Assembly: GCA_963836755.1 (NCBI GenBank)
Contig: CAWIKF010000002.1
Location: 928,001 to 992,000, forward strand
Origin: an uncultured Verrucomicrobiae bacterium
GTDB lineage: Bacteria > Verrucomicrobiota > Verrucomicrobiia > Chthoniobacterales > Chthoniobacteraceae
Reading direction: 5' to 3'
DNA length: 64,000 nt
The notes beneath the pieces were generated by a model. It ran no database searches and was not told the DNA's origin. It saw only the letters and a program-made list of their open reading frames with translations. The translations under genes were made by a program, and so were the position numbers. Below are positions 18,108 through 28,684 of this stretch, one piece after another. Position 1 is the stretch's first letter, and each line of letters starts with the position of its first letter.

Positions 18108-19154
18108 TTAAAAAACTTTGCCAAACAAATCCGACCGCGGTTCGCAGCCAATGCCGGTGAAATGCGGCGGCTGCAAAATCCCCGAATCAAACTTCCAGCC
18201 GCGAAACGGGTCGTCCGTGATGAGCCACGCGCCATCGAGATCGGCATAATCCGTTTGCTGCGCGACCACTGCGCCGGCCGAAATGAGCACGCTGCTTTCG
18301 AGCATGCAGCCGACCATCGTGCGCAATCCCAGCGCTCGGCCGCGTCGCAGCATCGCCAGCGCGGGCGTGATGCCGCCGCATTTCACGAGCTTGATATTGA
18401 AGCCGGAAAACTTTGATGGCATTCGTTCGACGTCGTCCATCGTGACGCAACTTTCGTCCGCGATCACCGGCAATGCTGATGCCGGCAGCGCTTGCGGCAT
18501 TTGTGCATCTTCGCCCGGCGGCAGCGGCTGCTCGATGAATTCGACATCGAGTGCGGCGAGTTCGTGTGAAAGTTCTTCGATATTCAGTCCGCTCCAGTCG
18601 CAATTCGCATCGACCGCGATGCGCGCGGAAGTTCGCTCGCGCACAAAGCGGACGGCATCAAGGTCAGCACTGTGATCCATTTTGATTTTGATGAATGGAA
18701 ACCCCGAAAGCTCCGCGATTTTCGCCATGAGCTCTTCGCGCGTGGAAAGTCCAATCGTGCAAAAAGTCGAAACGGCGCGTGGCTTTTCTCCCCATGCGAG
18801 TTCGCTCGCGGTTTTGTTTTTTTGCGTCGCCACCAAATCCCACAGCGCCACGTCGAGCGCGCATTGCGCCGCACGCGACGGTTTCAGCAGCGGCCACGCC
18901 TCATGCCAAATTTGCTCGATGTCCGCGACGCTTCCCGCTGCGCGGCCGCGAAGCCACTCGCCGACGCGCTGCAGTTTCGAGTTCACGTCCGCGGCTGTCT
19001 CCGCGTAAAAAATGTTCGGCGACGCCTCACCATGACCGACGATTCCATCCAGCTCCACGCGCACAAACACGTTGCGCACCTGCGCTCGCTCGCCGCGGCT
19101 GATGCGAAAAACTGCGCGCGGATGCAATTCGCAAATGGTTGTCGCAAGTTTCAC
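18108..19154 (-). CDS. L-Ala-D/L-Glu dipeptide epimerase (enolase superfamily)
   Basis: FRISRG, KIKM, VDAN, EQP, ADES, NIKLVKCGG, GCMLES, DLDG; GTG at 19154 chosen as start. Confidence 0.88.
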   Translation of the reverse strand: MKLATTICELHPRAVFRISRGERAQVRNVFVRVELDGIVGHGEASPNIFYAETAADVNSKLQRVGEWLRGRAAGSVADIEQIWHEAWPLLKPSRAAQCALDVALWDLVATQKNKTASELAWGEKPRAVSTFCTIGLSTREELMAKIAELSGFPFIKIKMDHSADLDAVRFVRERTSARIAVDANCDWSGLNIEELSHELAALDVEFIEQPLPPGEDAQMPQALPASALPVIADESCVTMDDVERMPSKFSGFNIKLVKCGGITPALAMLRRGRALGLRTMVGCMLESSVLISAGAVVAQQTDYADLDGAWLITDDPFRGWKFDSGILQPPHFTGIGCEPRSDLFGKVF

Positions 19155-19172
19155 GTTCGTTAACTTAAAGTT

Positions 19173-19976
19173 TTGTCCGCACTTTTTCAAAGCAGCATCG
19201 GCCAGAGCGTCGCAGGACGCGAGATCATCGCGCACATGAATTTTGCGCCGGATTTAATGCCGAAAAAAATCACGCTGATGATCGGAGGAATGCACGGCGA
19301 TGAGACGGCGGCGGTGCGGCTGATCGAGTCGTTTGTAGAAAAAGTTCTCGGCGAAATCGATGAACCGGCCGTTGCGCTGCCGGTCGCAAACCCTGATGGA
19401 TACAAGCGCCAGGTGCGTTACAACGCGCACAACGTCGACCTCAATCGCAACTTCATCTGGAACTGGCAGGCGCAGAGCGAAGAGCCGTCGGGGCCGGAGC
19501 CGTGGTCGGAACCGGAGAGCCGGGCGCTGCGCGATTTCATTTTGAAAATGCAGCCGGCAAAAATTGTGAGCCTGCATTGGGCGCTCGCGGAAATTGACGC
19601 CGACGGCCCGCAATCGACCGCGCTCGCGCAGCACATCTGGCATGCGCTGGATGAGGCCGAGCGCAGGCCGTATCGGCTCCGCGTGTCGGAGGTTGGCCGC
19701 GGTCGGCGTCGGCTCGAACGAACGTATGATTTTTGTCCCGGTTCGCTTGGGCAATGGTGCGGTTACGGTTTGAAATATGCGAGCGGCGCGCGGCCCGCGA
19801 TGATCACGCTGGAATTGCCTTTCGATCACGCGGCCGAATCGCGACCGATGCCTTTGCCGCCAACCCACCTCGCGGATTTGCACGAGCGCTGGCACGCGGA
19901 TCCAACTGCCTACATGGCTGGCGTGGAGATCGGCGTGCACAAAATGCTGCGCGCCGCGGTGGAGTTTCGCGGCTAA
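19173..19976 (+). CDS. Murein peptide amidase A-like M14 zinc carboxypeptidase
   Basis: HGDE, NPDG, RYNAHNVDLNRNF, SEPE, SLH, ITLELP; adjacent to the dipeptide epimerase. Confidence 0.82.
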   Translation: MSALFQSSIGQSVAGREIIAHMNFAPDLMPKKITLMIGGMHGDETAAVRLIESFVEKVLGEIDEPAVALPVANPDGYKRQVRYNAHNVDLNRNFIWNWQAQSEEPSGPEPWSEPESRALRDFILKMQPAKIVSLHWALAEIDADGPQSTALAQHIWHALDEAERRPYRLRVSEVGRGRRRLERTYDFCPGSLGQWCGYGLKYASGARPAMITLELPFDHAAESRPMPLPPTHLADLHERWHADPTAYMAGVEIGVHKMLRAAVEFRG

Positions 19977-20023
19977 GTGCTGGACACCTTTGCGGACCGC
20001 GCATGATATTGCGCCTCCGCGAA

Positions 20024-21325
20024 ATGCAGCAGCAAGTTCACATCGGCCTCGCAGGCATGGGAAACGTCGGCGCCGGCGTGTATAAACACCTGGTGAATAA
20101 CCGTGTGCTTCTCATGGAGCGCCTCGGTCTGGAATTGGTCGTCAAAAAGATCGTCGTCCGCGATCCTGCGCGCGCGCGCACGGTCGCCGCGCCCGCCTCG
20201 CTTTTCACGACGCGTTGGGAGGATTTGATCCACGATCCCGAAATCAAAATCATTGCCGAGCTCATCGGCGGTGTGCAACCGGCTCTGCAGCTGGTTTTGC
20301 GGGCGATCGAACACGGGAAGATCGTCGTGACTGGAAACAAAGCTTTGCTCGCGGAGCACGGCCGGGAAATTTTTGACGCGGCTCGTGCGCATAAAATTCC
20401 CGTTTTTTTCGAAGCTGCCGCGGCGGGCGGCGTGCCGATCATCAAGGCGGTGCGCGAAGCCTTTATCGGCAACCACATTTTGTCGATGCACGGCATCGTC
20501 AACGGCACGTGCAATTACATCCTCACGCGCATGACGGAATCGTGCATGAGCTTTGAAGACGCGCTTCAGGAGGCGCAGGAAGCCGGCTTTGCGGAGGCCG
20601 ATCCGGCGCTCGATATCAACGGCTGGGATGCCGCGCATAAGGCGATCATTCTCGCGTCGCTCGCGTATGGGTTTTGGGTCGGCACCGACAAAGTTTTCGT
20701 CGAGGGAATTGAAAAAATCACGCCGGCCGATATCCGATTTGCACGGCAGCTCGGCTATTGCATCAAGCTGCTCGCGATCATCAAGGCGGGCAAACGGAGC
20801 GAGATCGAAGTGCGCGTGCATCCAACTTTGATTCCACAAACGCATGTGCTGGCGTCAGTTAACGGAGTGTTCAATGCGATCGCGGTTCAAGGCGACGTCG
20901 TTGGTGAGACTTTGTTTTACGGGCGCGGCGCCGGCCAGGATCCGACGGCGAGCGCGGTGATCAGCGATCTCGCGGAAGCAGCGGTCGCGCTGGAATCGCC
21001 GCGGCCGAGCTACGGTTTCACGCCGCACAGACTTTACGGAACTTGCAAGCCGATCGACCAGATCGTGTCGCAATATTACCTGCGCATTTCCGTCGCGGAC
21101 CAGCCGGGCGTGCTCGCGCAAGTGGCGGGGATTCTCGGTGAATTGGTCATCGGAATCTCGTCGGTGATCCAACCGGAGGAACATGAGTCCGACGCCGTGC
21201 CGCTCGTGCTGATCATTCACGACGCGACCAATGCGCAGATGAATCTGGCGGTCGAGCGAATCAGCCGGCTGGAATGCGTAAAGCGGCCGCCGCGGCTGAT
21301 TCGCGTGGAATCTTTTTCCCCATGA
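20024..21325 (+). CDS. hom: Homoserine dehydrogenase with ACT domain
   Basis: GMGNVG, VVTGNKA, GIVNGTCNYIL, GFAEADP, YGRGAG; C-terminal ACT (DQPGVLA). Confidence 0.95.
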   Translation: MQQQVHIGLAGMGNVGAGVYKHLVNNRVLLMERLGLELVVKKIVVRDPARARTVAAPASLFTTRWEDLIHDPEIKIIAELIGGVQPALQLVLRAIEHGKIVVTGNKALLAEHGREIFDAARAHKIPVFFEAAAAGGVPIIKAVREAFIGNHILSMHGIVNGTCNYILTRMTESCMSFEDALQEAQEAGFAEADPALDINGWDAAHKAIILASLAYGFWVGTDKVFVEGIEKITPADIRFARQLGYCIKLLAIIKAGKRSEIEVRVHPTLIPQTHVLASVNGVFNAIAVQGDVVGETLFYGRGAGQDPTASAVISDLAEAAVALESPRPSYGFTPHRLYGTCKPIDQIVSQYYLRISVADQPGVLAQVAGILGELVIGISSVIQPEEHESDAVPLVLIIHDATNAQMNLAVERISRLECVKRPPRLIRVESFSP

Positions 21326-22404
21326 AAAACCTGCACGACCACGGAATCATCGCTCGTTACCGGCAATATCTGCCCGTTAACGATGCGACGCCTGTTGTTT
21401 CTCTTAACGAAGGTTCAACACCGCTCATTTTTTCTGAGCGCCTCAGCGAAAAAGTCGGCCGCGGCTGCGAAGTTTACATCAAATACGAGGGCCTGAATCC
21501 GACCGGATCATTCAAGGATCGCGGGATGACGATGGCGATTTCGAAGGCGGTGGAAAATGGCGCGAAGGCTGTAATTTGCGCGTCCACCGGAAACACATCG
21601 GCGGCCGCGGGAGCTTATGCAGCGCGGGCTGGCATCGAATGCATCGTTTTGCTGCCGGCGGGAAAAATCGCGATGGGCAAGCTCGTGCAAGCCTTCATGT
21701 ATGGCGCGAAAGTTATCGCGATCGATGGGAATTTCGACCGAGCGCTCGACCTCGTTCGCGACATTGGCGCGACCGAGCCGGTGTCGATTGTGAATTCAAT
21801 CAATCCTTTCCGGCTGCACGGTCAGAAGACGGCTGCGTTTGAGATCATCGAGGAGTTGGGCGACGCGCCCGACCTGCATTTGTTGCCGGTAGGAAATGCC
21901 GGGAACATCAGCGCGTATTGGATGGGCTATCGAGAATTTCACGAAGCGAAAAAATCGACGAAGCTGCCGCAGATGATCGGTTTTCAAGCGGCGGGTGCGG
22001 CGCCGATTTTTCATGGGGAACCGGTGGCCGCGCCGGAGACGGTGGCGAGCGCGATCCGCATCGGGAATCCCGCGAGCTGGCATCTTGCGGCGGAAGCGGT
22101 TCGTATTTCGCGCGGTGCGATCGATATCGTCACCGACCTGGATATTCTCGACGCGCAAAGATGGCTGGCTAGCAACGAAGGGATCTTCGTCGAGCCAGCC
22201 AGCGCCGCATCAATTGCGGGGCTTTTGAAATGCGCAGCTCACACGGACGCCGCGTTTTCTTTCGCGCAGATCGCAGAAAATTCACGCATCGTTTGCACCG
22301 TCACTGGTCACGGACTGAAAGATCCGGACATCGCGCGGGAGCAATGTGGGTCGATCATTCCGGCCAAGGCCGAGAAGAGCGAGATCTTGAAATTGATCGG
22401 CTGA
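21322..22404 (+). CDS. thrC: Threonine synthase
   Basis: EGLNPTGSFKDRG, CASTGNTS, PVGNAGN, TGHGLKDP. Confidence 0.95.
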   Translation: MKNLHDHGIIARYRQYLPVNDATPVVSLNEGSTPLIFSERLSEKVGRGCEVYIKYEGLNPTGSFKDRGMTMAISKAVENGAKAVICASTGNTSAAAGAYAARAGIECIVLLPAGKIAMGKLVQAFMYGAKVIAIDGNFDRALDLVRDIGATEPVSIVNSINPFRLHGQKTAAFEIIEELGDAPDLHLLPVGNAGNISAYWMGYREFHEAKKSTKLPQMIGFQAAGAAPIFHGEPVAAPETVASAIRIGNPASWHLAAEAVRISRGAIDIVTDLDILDAQRWLASNEGIFVEPASAASIAGLLKCAAHTDAAFSFAQIAENSRIVCTVTGHGLKDPDIAREQCGSIIPAKAEKSEILKLIG

Positions 22405-22412
22405 TTTTCGCG

Positions 22413-23024
22413 TTAAAATTCGCCGGCAAAAGTGGCGAGCGCGACAGTGATTTTTTTCAATCCCAGTTCGAGGCGCGTTTTGATCGTGCCCAGCGGAATG
22501 CCGGTGTGCGCGGCGATTTCGCGCTGGCTCATGCCTTTATAATAAGCGAGCTGGATCGCCTCGCGTTGGGCGGCCGGCAGGCTCTGCAAAACGCGCCCGA
22601 GCATTTCACGGACGTCGGAGAGGTAAATGTCCTCTTCCTGATCCACGGTGTAAGCCTCGGGCTGTTGCTCGACCTCGAGCTTGAGCCGATCTTCTGCGCG
22701 GCAATAGGCTTGGCGCTTGCGGAGACGGTCGATCGAGCGGCGCCGCGCGAGCGTCACCATCCAGCCGAGCGGCTTTCCTTTTTCCGGCGCGTAAGATGCA
22801 GCGCGGGACCAGATTTCCATGAAAATTTCCTGCAAAAGGTCGTCGGCCTCCGAATCGTTGTTCACCACTTTGAGGGCAACCGATTTGATGATCGGAGCGT
22901 GACGGTCGAAAAGATTTTCGAGCGCGTCAGCATCCCCTTTCTGCACACCCGCCATAAGTTGCTCGTCGGTGACGTCGAGCAGCGAGGCTTCTTCGATCGG
23001 CATATTGGCTTCGAGATTGATCAT
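22413..23024 (-). CDS. ECF RNA polymerase sigma factor
   Basis: DEQLM..GDADAL, ADDLLQEIF, W..TLARRRSID, LPAAQRE, EIA..GIPLGTIKTRL. Confidence 0.93.
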   Translation of the reverse strand: MINLEANMPIEEASLLDVTDEQLMAGVQKGDADALENLFDRHAPIIKSVALKVVNNDSEADDLLQEIFMEIWSRAASYAPEKGKPLGWMVTLARRRSIDRLRKRQAYCRAEDRLKLEVEQQPEAYTVDQEEDIYLSDVREMLGRVLQSLPAAQREAIQLAYYKGMSQREIAAHTGIPLGTIKTRLELGLKKITVALATFAGEF

Positions 23025-23290
23025 AGGATGTTAAGAGTTGGATTCTTCTTTGACTGCCCACAGGACTCCGCTCGCGAGCGCGGCGAAGATTAACGTGAAG
23101 GTTGATAGAGTTAGCATGCCGGAGCTTTAGCAACGGGCATACCAAGCGGCTTCTACGCAGGGAGCTGTCGAAAAATTTGAAAAGCGCGCGTCACGATTTT
23201 TGACACCTCTGTAAAAAAACTGGTCGAAAAAATGCAAGCATTCGCCGCCAGAACGACCACCCGCGCGCCGTCGCACGATGGACCTTTTGT

Positions 23291-23653
23291 ATGAACGAAC
23301 CTGACTACCGAACACCACCCGCAGATTTTCCCTCCCGCACCGGCGACACTTGGGAGGAAACGAAAGATCGCACCGCCCAGACTCTGCGCGAAGGCGAAGT
23401 CATCGTGCGCGAGAATTTGCTTTCGGCGCTTGTCGGCGTGTTTGCGTTCGGATTCTTGCTCGGCTTTCTCGCGCATCGTCCGCGGCCGAGTTTTCAAGAG
23501 AGGTATTTAAATGCCCCGCTCGAGGATCTCGGGGAAACTCTGCGCGCACTTGCGGACAAGACGGCAGACAAGGCTGACAAAGGCGCGGGAGTCGCCGCTG
23601 ACCTGATTCACGCGTTGGCTGACAAGCTCGAAAACGCGTTCAAACAGCGGTAG
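23291..23653 (+). CDS. Hypothetical membrane-anchored protein (DUF883/ElaB-like segment)
   Basis: VRENLLSALVGVFAFGFLLGFL hydrophobic helix. Confidence 0.6.
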   Translation: MNEPDYRTPPADFPSRTGDTWEETKDRTAQTLREGEVIVRENLLSALVGVFAFGFLLGFLAHRPRPSFQERYLNAPLEDLGETLRALADKTADKADKGAGVAADLIHALADKLENAFKQR

Positions 23654-23697
23654 TTTCGGCAGCGGTTTCGTAAGCCGAAAATTTTTCGAAAGTTTTC

Positions 23698-23807
23698 TTG
23701 CCGGGCGCGGTTTGGCCCGCTACTCTCACCATCCCGCGCGATGTGGTAGAACCGAATTCGCGCGCCAGTTAAAAAATACTTGCGCGGCCGTTGGATTCGT
23801 CTAGCTT
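23698..23807 (+). promoter_or_regulatory. Tandem sigma70-like promoters of the str/S10 operon
   Basis: TTGCCG-N17-TACTCT (23698-23726) and TTGCGC-N16-TAGCTT (23780-23807). Confidence 0.55.
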
Positions 23808-23924
23808 CGCGCTCCCCGCAACCAGTGGGTTACGAAAAGTGCCCGCTCGAAGCGGGTTTTTCGTCCCGTGAAAGTCCGGGGCGCGTGGCTGAAAGAGCCT
23901 AAACTTTTGTTGAACATAATTTAA

Positions 23925-24341
23925 ATGCCCACAATCAACCAGCTTGTCCGCAAAGGACGGAAAAAGGTGACGGTGAAATCGAAATCACCGGCGCTCAATA
24001 ATTGTCCGCAGCGCCGCGGCGTTTGCGTGCAAGTCATGACGCGCACGCCGAAGAAGCCGAATTCCGCGTTGCGCAAAGTGGCAAAAGTCCGTCTCACGAA
24101 CGGCCAGGAAGTGATCGCCTACATTCCCGGCGAGGGACACAATTTGCAGGAGCACTCGATCGTGCTCGTGCGCGGCGGACGCGTGAAGGATTTGCCTGGC
24201 GTGCGCTACCATATCGTCCGCGGCACGCTCGATTCGCTCGGGGTTGATGGCCGCCGCCGCAGCCGCTCGAAATACGGCGCCAAAAAGCCGAAGGCCGGGG
24301 CCGAGGCGGATGCCAAAGGCACGAAGGGGAAGAAAAAGTAA
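23925..24341 (+). CDS. rpsL: 30S ribosomal protein S12
   Basis: [30 protein letters not shown]. Confidence 0.99.
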   Translation: MPTINQLVRKGRKKVTVKSKSPALNNCPQRRGVCVQVMTRTPKKPNSALRKVAKVRLTNGQEVIAYIPGEGHNLQEHSIVLVRGGRVKDLPGVRYHIVRGTLDSLGVDGRRRSRSKYGAKKPKAGAEADAKGTKGKKK

Positions 24342-24353
24342 CCTGATTTAGCC

Positions 24354-24827
24354 ATGTCACGTCGCCGCAAAACCATCAAGCGCAGGGAAAATATTGACGC
24401 TCGCTACGGCAGTTCTGTCGTCGCGCAGCTTATCAGCACGATCATGAGCGATGGCAAAAAATCGCTCGCTGAGCGCATTGTCTATACTGCCATCGAGAAA
24501 ACGCGCGAAGGCAGCGATGTCGTCGATCCGCTGGAAACGCTTCATAAAGCTTTGGACAACGTTAAGCCGCGTCTCGAGACAAAGTCGCGCCGAGTCGGCG
24601 GTGCAACTTATCAAGTGCCGATGGAAGTTCCGGCGCGCCGCCAGGTCGCGCTCGCGATGCGCTGGATCGTCGGTTTTGCGCAAAAGCGCAAGAATACGGC
24701 CATGCAGGACGCGCTGGCGAATGAACTCAAGGAAGCCGCGGCGGGGCAGGGCAATGCCATTAAAAAACGCGACGACACTCACAAAATGGCGCAGGCGAAT
24801 CGAGCCTTCGCGCATTTCCGCTTCTAA
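24354..24827 (+). CDS. rpsG: 30S ribosomal protein S7
   Basis: [33 protein letters not shown]. Confidence 0.99.
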   Translation: MSRRRKTIKRRENIDARYGSSVVAQLISTIMSDGKKSLAERIVYTAIEKTREGSDVVDPLETLHKALDNVKPRLETKSRRVGGATYQVPMEVPARRQVALAMRWIVGFAQKRKNTAMQDALANELKEAAAGQGNAIKKRDDTHKMAQANRAFAHFRF

Positions 24828-24832
24828 CTTTT

Positions 24833-27010
24833 ATGGCGAACGCGACTTTAGACAAACCTGCCGTGTCCACGAATCCGAATTCGCCAAACCGCGCGTATCC
24901 GCTGGAGCGCACGCGTAACATCGGCATCGCAGCGCACATCGACGCGGGCAAGACGACGTTGACCGAGCGCATTCTTTTTTACACCGGCATGATTCACAAA
25001 ATCGGCGAGGTGCACGAAGGCACGACGGTCACCGATTGGATGGAGCAGGAGCGCGAACGCGGCATCACGATCACCTCGGCTGCGACCACTTGCGCGTGGA
25101 TGCAGAAAAAGGAAGAGGGCGTTTACAAAGTTTTTGACGGCATCAAAATGCGCGTGAACATCATCGACACGCCGGGCCACGTCGATTTTACGGCGGAGGT
25201 CGAGCGTTCACTGCGCGTGCTCGACGGTGCCATCGCGGTTTTTGATGCAGTCGCTGGCGTGCAGCCGCAATCGGAGACGGTCTGGCGGCAGGCAAACAAA
25301 TACGGCGTCCCGCGCGTCGCCTTTATCAATAAGATGGATCGCGTTGGCGCTGATTTCGCAGCGGCCATCGATTCGATGCGCAAAAAGCTCAATGCGAATG
25401 CCTGGCCTGTTTTGATTCCGCTCGGTGCTGAAGACAATCTTCGCGGGCAGCTGGACGTCATTAATAAAAAGGCGATCATTTATTCCGACAACGACGTAAT
25501 GGGCTCGACTTACACGGTCGAAGAGATTCCGGCCGAGCACAAAGCGATGGTCGATGGAGCTTACGAAGATCTCGTCAGCGCGATCAGCGATCTCGACGAC
25601 GAAGTCGGCACCGCTTTTCTCGAGGAAAAACCGATCACGCGCGAGTTGCTCAAGGCTGGTATTCGGCGTCAAACTACCGCGAACCGATTCGTCCCAGTGA
25701 TCGGCGGATCTGCTTTTAAAAACAAAGGCGTTCAATACCTCGTCGACGCCGTCATCGATTATCTGCCGAGCCCGATCGACATTCTGCCGACGAAGGGGAT
25801 GGAGCCGGACACGCGCGAGCCGATGGAGGCGCGGACTGATGACAACGGGAAATTTTGTTCGCTCGCGTTCAAACTTTGGAGCGATCCGTTTGTCGGCAAG
25901 CTCGTATTTTTCCGTGTCTATTCCGGCACGTTGTCAAAGGGGGACACGGTTTACAATCCGCGCACGAACAAGCGCGAGCGCATCTCGCGGTTGATCCAAA
26001 TCCAAGCCGACAAGCGCGAAGACATCGACACGTGTTACTCCGGCGACATCGCGGCGATCGTCGGCATCAAAAATATCACTACTGGCGACACGCTCTGCGA
26101 CGAAGATTTCCCCATCCTACTCGAGCCGCCGTCATTTCCCGATCCGGTTATTTCCATGGCGATCGAGCCGAAGACAAAGCTTGACCAGGAAAAAATGTCG
26201 ATCGCGTTGCAGCGGCTCGCGGAAGAAGATCCGACGTTCCGCGTTTTCACGAATGAAGACACGGGCCAGACGATCATCGCCGGCATGGGCGAATTACATT
26301 TGGAAATCATCCGCGACCGGATGTTCCGTGAATTTAAAGTTGAGGCAAACGCGGGCAAACCGCAGATCGCGTATCGCGAAACGATCACCGCTCCGGCGAT
26401 GGGCGAAGGCAAGCTGATCAAGCAATCCGGCGGTCGCGGTCAATATGGCCACGTCATCGTCAACGTCCGCCCGGCGGAGCGCGGCAAAGGTTTAACGATC
26501 GAAAACAAAGTTGTCGGCGGCAATATTCCGAAAGAATACATCGCGCCTTGTAAAAAAGGCATCGAGGAAGCTGTGCTCAACGGCGTCGTCGGCGGCTATC
26601 CCGTCATCGATCTCGAAGTCGACATCATCGACGGCAGCTATCACGACGTCGATTCGAACGAGCTCGCATTCAAACTCGCGGCGATTTTTGCGATGAAGGA
26701 TGGCTTTAAAAAAGCGAAGCCGATCTTGCTCGAGCCGATCATGAAGGTCGAGAACATCACGCCGGACGAGTATCAAGGCGACATCATGGGCGATCTCAAT
26801 CGTCGCCGTGGCCGCATCATGAGCCTCGAAACCAAGGGTGGATTGACGACCGTGCAAGCCGAAGTTCCGCTTGCGGAAATGTTTGGTTACTCGACCGCGA
26901 TCCGCTCGCTGTCGAAAGGGCGCTCGTCGTATTCGATGGAGCCGTCGCACTTCGAGCAAGTCCCGGCGCAAGTGCTGGCCGCAGTGCTCGACCAAAAAGG
27001 CAAAGAGTAA
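24833..27010 (+). CDS. fusA: Elongation factor G
   Basis: [32 protein letters not shown]. Confidence 0.99.
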   Translation: MANATLDKPAVSTNPNSPNRAYPLERTRNIGIAAHIDAGKTTLTERILFYTGMIHKIGEVHEGTTVTDWMEQERERGITITSAATTCAWMQKKEEGVYKVFDGIKMRVNIIDTPGHVDFTAEVERSLRVLDGAIAVFDAVAGVQPQSETVWRQANKYGVPRVAFINKMDRVGADFAAAIDSMRKKLNANAWPVLIPLGAEDNLRGQLDVINKKAIIYSDNDVMGSTYTVEEIPAEHKAMVDGAYEDLVSAISDLDDEVGTAFLEEKPITRELLKAGIRRQTTANRFVPVIGGSAFKNKGVQYLVDAVIDYLPSPIDILPTKGMEPDTREPMEARTDDNGKFCSLAFKLWSDPFVGKLVFFRVYSGTLSKGDTVYNPRTNKRERISRLIQIQADKREDIDTCYSGDIAAIVGIKNITTGDTLCDEDFPILLEPPSFPDPVISMAIEPKTKLDQEKMSIALQRLAEEDPTFRVFTNEDTGQTIIAGMGELHLEIIRDRMFREFKVEANAGKPQIAYRETITAPAMGEGKLIKQSGGRGQYGHVIVNVRPAERGKGLTIENKVVGGNIPKEYIAPCKKGIEEAVLNGVVGGYPVIDLEVDIIDGSYHDVDSNELAFKLAAIFAMKDGFKKAKPILLEPIMKVENITPDEYQGDIMGDLNRRRGRIMSLETKGGLTTVQAEVPLAEMFGYSTAIRSLSKGRSSYSMEPSHFEQVPAQVLAAVLDQKGKE

Positions 27011-27028
27011 TTTTACGCACGAATTTTT

Positions 27029-27340
27029 ATGACCAACGGCCAACGCATTCGCATCCGACTAAAAGCATTCGATTTCCGCATGCTCGACGCATCGTCGGCG
27101 GAAATTGTCGAGACGGCGAAGCGCACCGGCGCGAAAGTCGCAGGGCCGATTCCGCTGCCGACGCGCATCGAGAAATTCACGGTGAACCGTTCTCCGCACG
27201 TCGACAAAAAGTCGATGGATCAATTTGAAATTCGCACGCACAAGCGCCTGCTCGACATCATCGAGCCGACCGCAAAAACGGTGGACGAATTAAAGAAACT
27301 CAACTTGCCGGCGGGCGTGGATATTACGATCAAAATTTAA
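27029..27340 (+). CDS. rpsJ: 30S ribosomal protein S10
   Basis: [25 protein letters not shown]. Confidence 0.99.
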   Translation: MTNGQRIRIRLKAFDFRMLDASSAEIVETAKRTGAKVAGPIPLPTRIEKFTVNRSPHVDKKSMDQFEIRTHKRLLDIIEPTAKTVDELKKLNLPAGVDITIKI

Positions 27341-27355
27341 CGCCGCGTTAACACC

Positions 27356-28072
27356 ATGAGAATCGGACTTTTAGGCAAAAAAATTGGAATGACCCGCGTT
27401 TATGACGACAAGGGCCGCGCCACCGCGGTCACGGTCATCGACGTGAGCGATAACACGCGCCTTGACGTGAAGACGCTGGAAAAAGATGGCTACAGCGGCG
27501 TGCAGGTCGGCTTCGACACGCAGAAGGAATCACGCGTGAACAACGCGGAGCTCGGCATTTTCAAAAAAGCCGGATCAGCGCCGAAGAAACTCGTCGCGGA
27601 GTTTCGCTTGGAAGACAACGAAACTGTCGCCGAAGATTTGAATCTGAAGCCAACTTTGTTTCAGCCCGGCCAGCTCGTTGACGTCATTGGTCAGTCGAAG
27701 GGCAAAGGTTTTCAGGGCGTCATGAAAAAGCACAATATGAGCGGCCAGCCAATGTCGCACGGGCACATGATGCATCGCCGAAACGGCGCCATCGGCAACC
27801 GATCCACGCCAGGGCGCGTCTGGAAGAACATGGGCATGCCGGGCCACATGGGCGACGAGCGCGTGACCGTGCAGAATTTGAAAGTGTTGCAGGTGCGCGA
27901 GACGGACAATGTGTTGCTAATCACCGGGGCGGTGCCGGGCGCGAACGGCAGTTACGTTGTGGTGCGGCCGGCGATCAAGCATCCGGTCGGCACTCTCGCG
28001 AAAGAGCCTCAGGAAAAAGCGGCGGCATCGTCCGGCAAACCGGCTGCGAAAACCGCCGGGAAAAAGAAATAA
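27356..28072 (+). CDS. rplC: 50S ribosomal protein L3
   Basis: GLLGKKIGMT, DGYSGVQ, KGKGFQG, PGRVWK..MPGHMG. Confidence 0.99.
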   Translation: MRIGLLGKKIGMTRVYDDKGRATAVTVIDVSDNTRLDVKTLEKDGYSGVQVGFDTQKESRVNNAELGIFKKAGSAPKKLVAEFRLEDNETVAEDLNLKPTLFQPGQLVDVIGQSKGKGFQGVMKKHNMSGQPMSHGHMMHRRNGAIGNRSTPGRVWKNMGMPGHMGDERVTVQNLKVLQVRETDNVLLITGAVPGANGSYVVVRPAIKHPVGTLAKEPQEKAAASSGKPAAKTAGKKK

Positions 28073-28684
28073 ATGAGCGCAAAAGTTTTAACCATCGAAG
28101 TGGCGAAGAAAGCCAATCTCGAGTTGATCGAGAACGGCAAAGGAACGCAGGCTGTCCACGACGTGATCGTCGCGATGCGCGCGGCGCGCCGGAGCGGCAC
28201 GGCGAGCGTGAAAACGAAGGCGACTGTGAGCGGCTCGGGCGCAAAACCTTGGCGGCAAAAAGGAACTGGGCGCGCGCGCGCGGGCTATCGCTCGTCGCCG
28301 GTTTGGTCGGGAGGCGGTGTCGTGTTCGGCCCGCATCCTCGCGACTACACGAAGAAGGTTCCGAAGCAGGTGCGCCGCCTGGCGTTGCGCAAGGCGTTAA
28401 GCGTGCGAATCCAGGCGGGCGACGTTCTTTTGACCGATAATTTTGTGGTGAGCGAGCCGAAGACGAAGGCTTTTGTGAAGCTCGTCGCCGAAAGCACGCC
28501 CGAGTCGAAAGTGCTGATCGTGAGCCAGGAGTTCGATGAGAAAACTTATCTGGCGGGGCGAAATGTTCAGCCGACTTTGCTCGTGAAAGCGAGCGATGTG
28601 AATGCTGAGCAGTTGCTCGCGTTTAAAAAAATCATTCTCATCGGCGAAGCGCTCGCGACGCTGGCGGAAAGGACGAAAAAATGA
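28073..28684 (+). CDS. rplD: 50S ribosomal protein L4
   Basis: KPWRQKGTGRARAG, GGGVVFGP. Confidence 0.98.
   Translation: MSAKVLTIEVAKKANLELIENGKGTQAVHDVIVAMRAARRSGTASVKTKATVSGSGAKPWRQKGTGRARAGYRSSPVWSGGGVVFGPHPRDYTKKVPKQVRRLALRKALSVRIQAGDVLLTDNFVVSEPKTKAFVKLVAESTPESKVLIVSQEFDEKTYLAGRNVQPTLLVKASDVNAEQLLAFKKIILIGEALATLAERTKK

Noticed and set aside
19733..20023. Long N-terminal extension of hom in the ORF track
   Set aside because: Overlaps the upstream peptidase; the recognisable sequence starts near MQQQVHIG. The same artefact affects the tracked starts of secY, rpmJ, rpsH, the enolase, Gfo and RND.
25100..25150. Short insert in the EF-G G domain ([16 protein letters not shown]) as an intein or mobile remnant
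   Set aside because: Too short, no splicing motifs, and lies in a known variable loop
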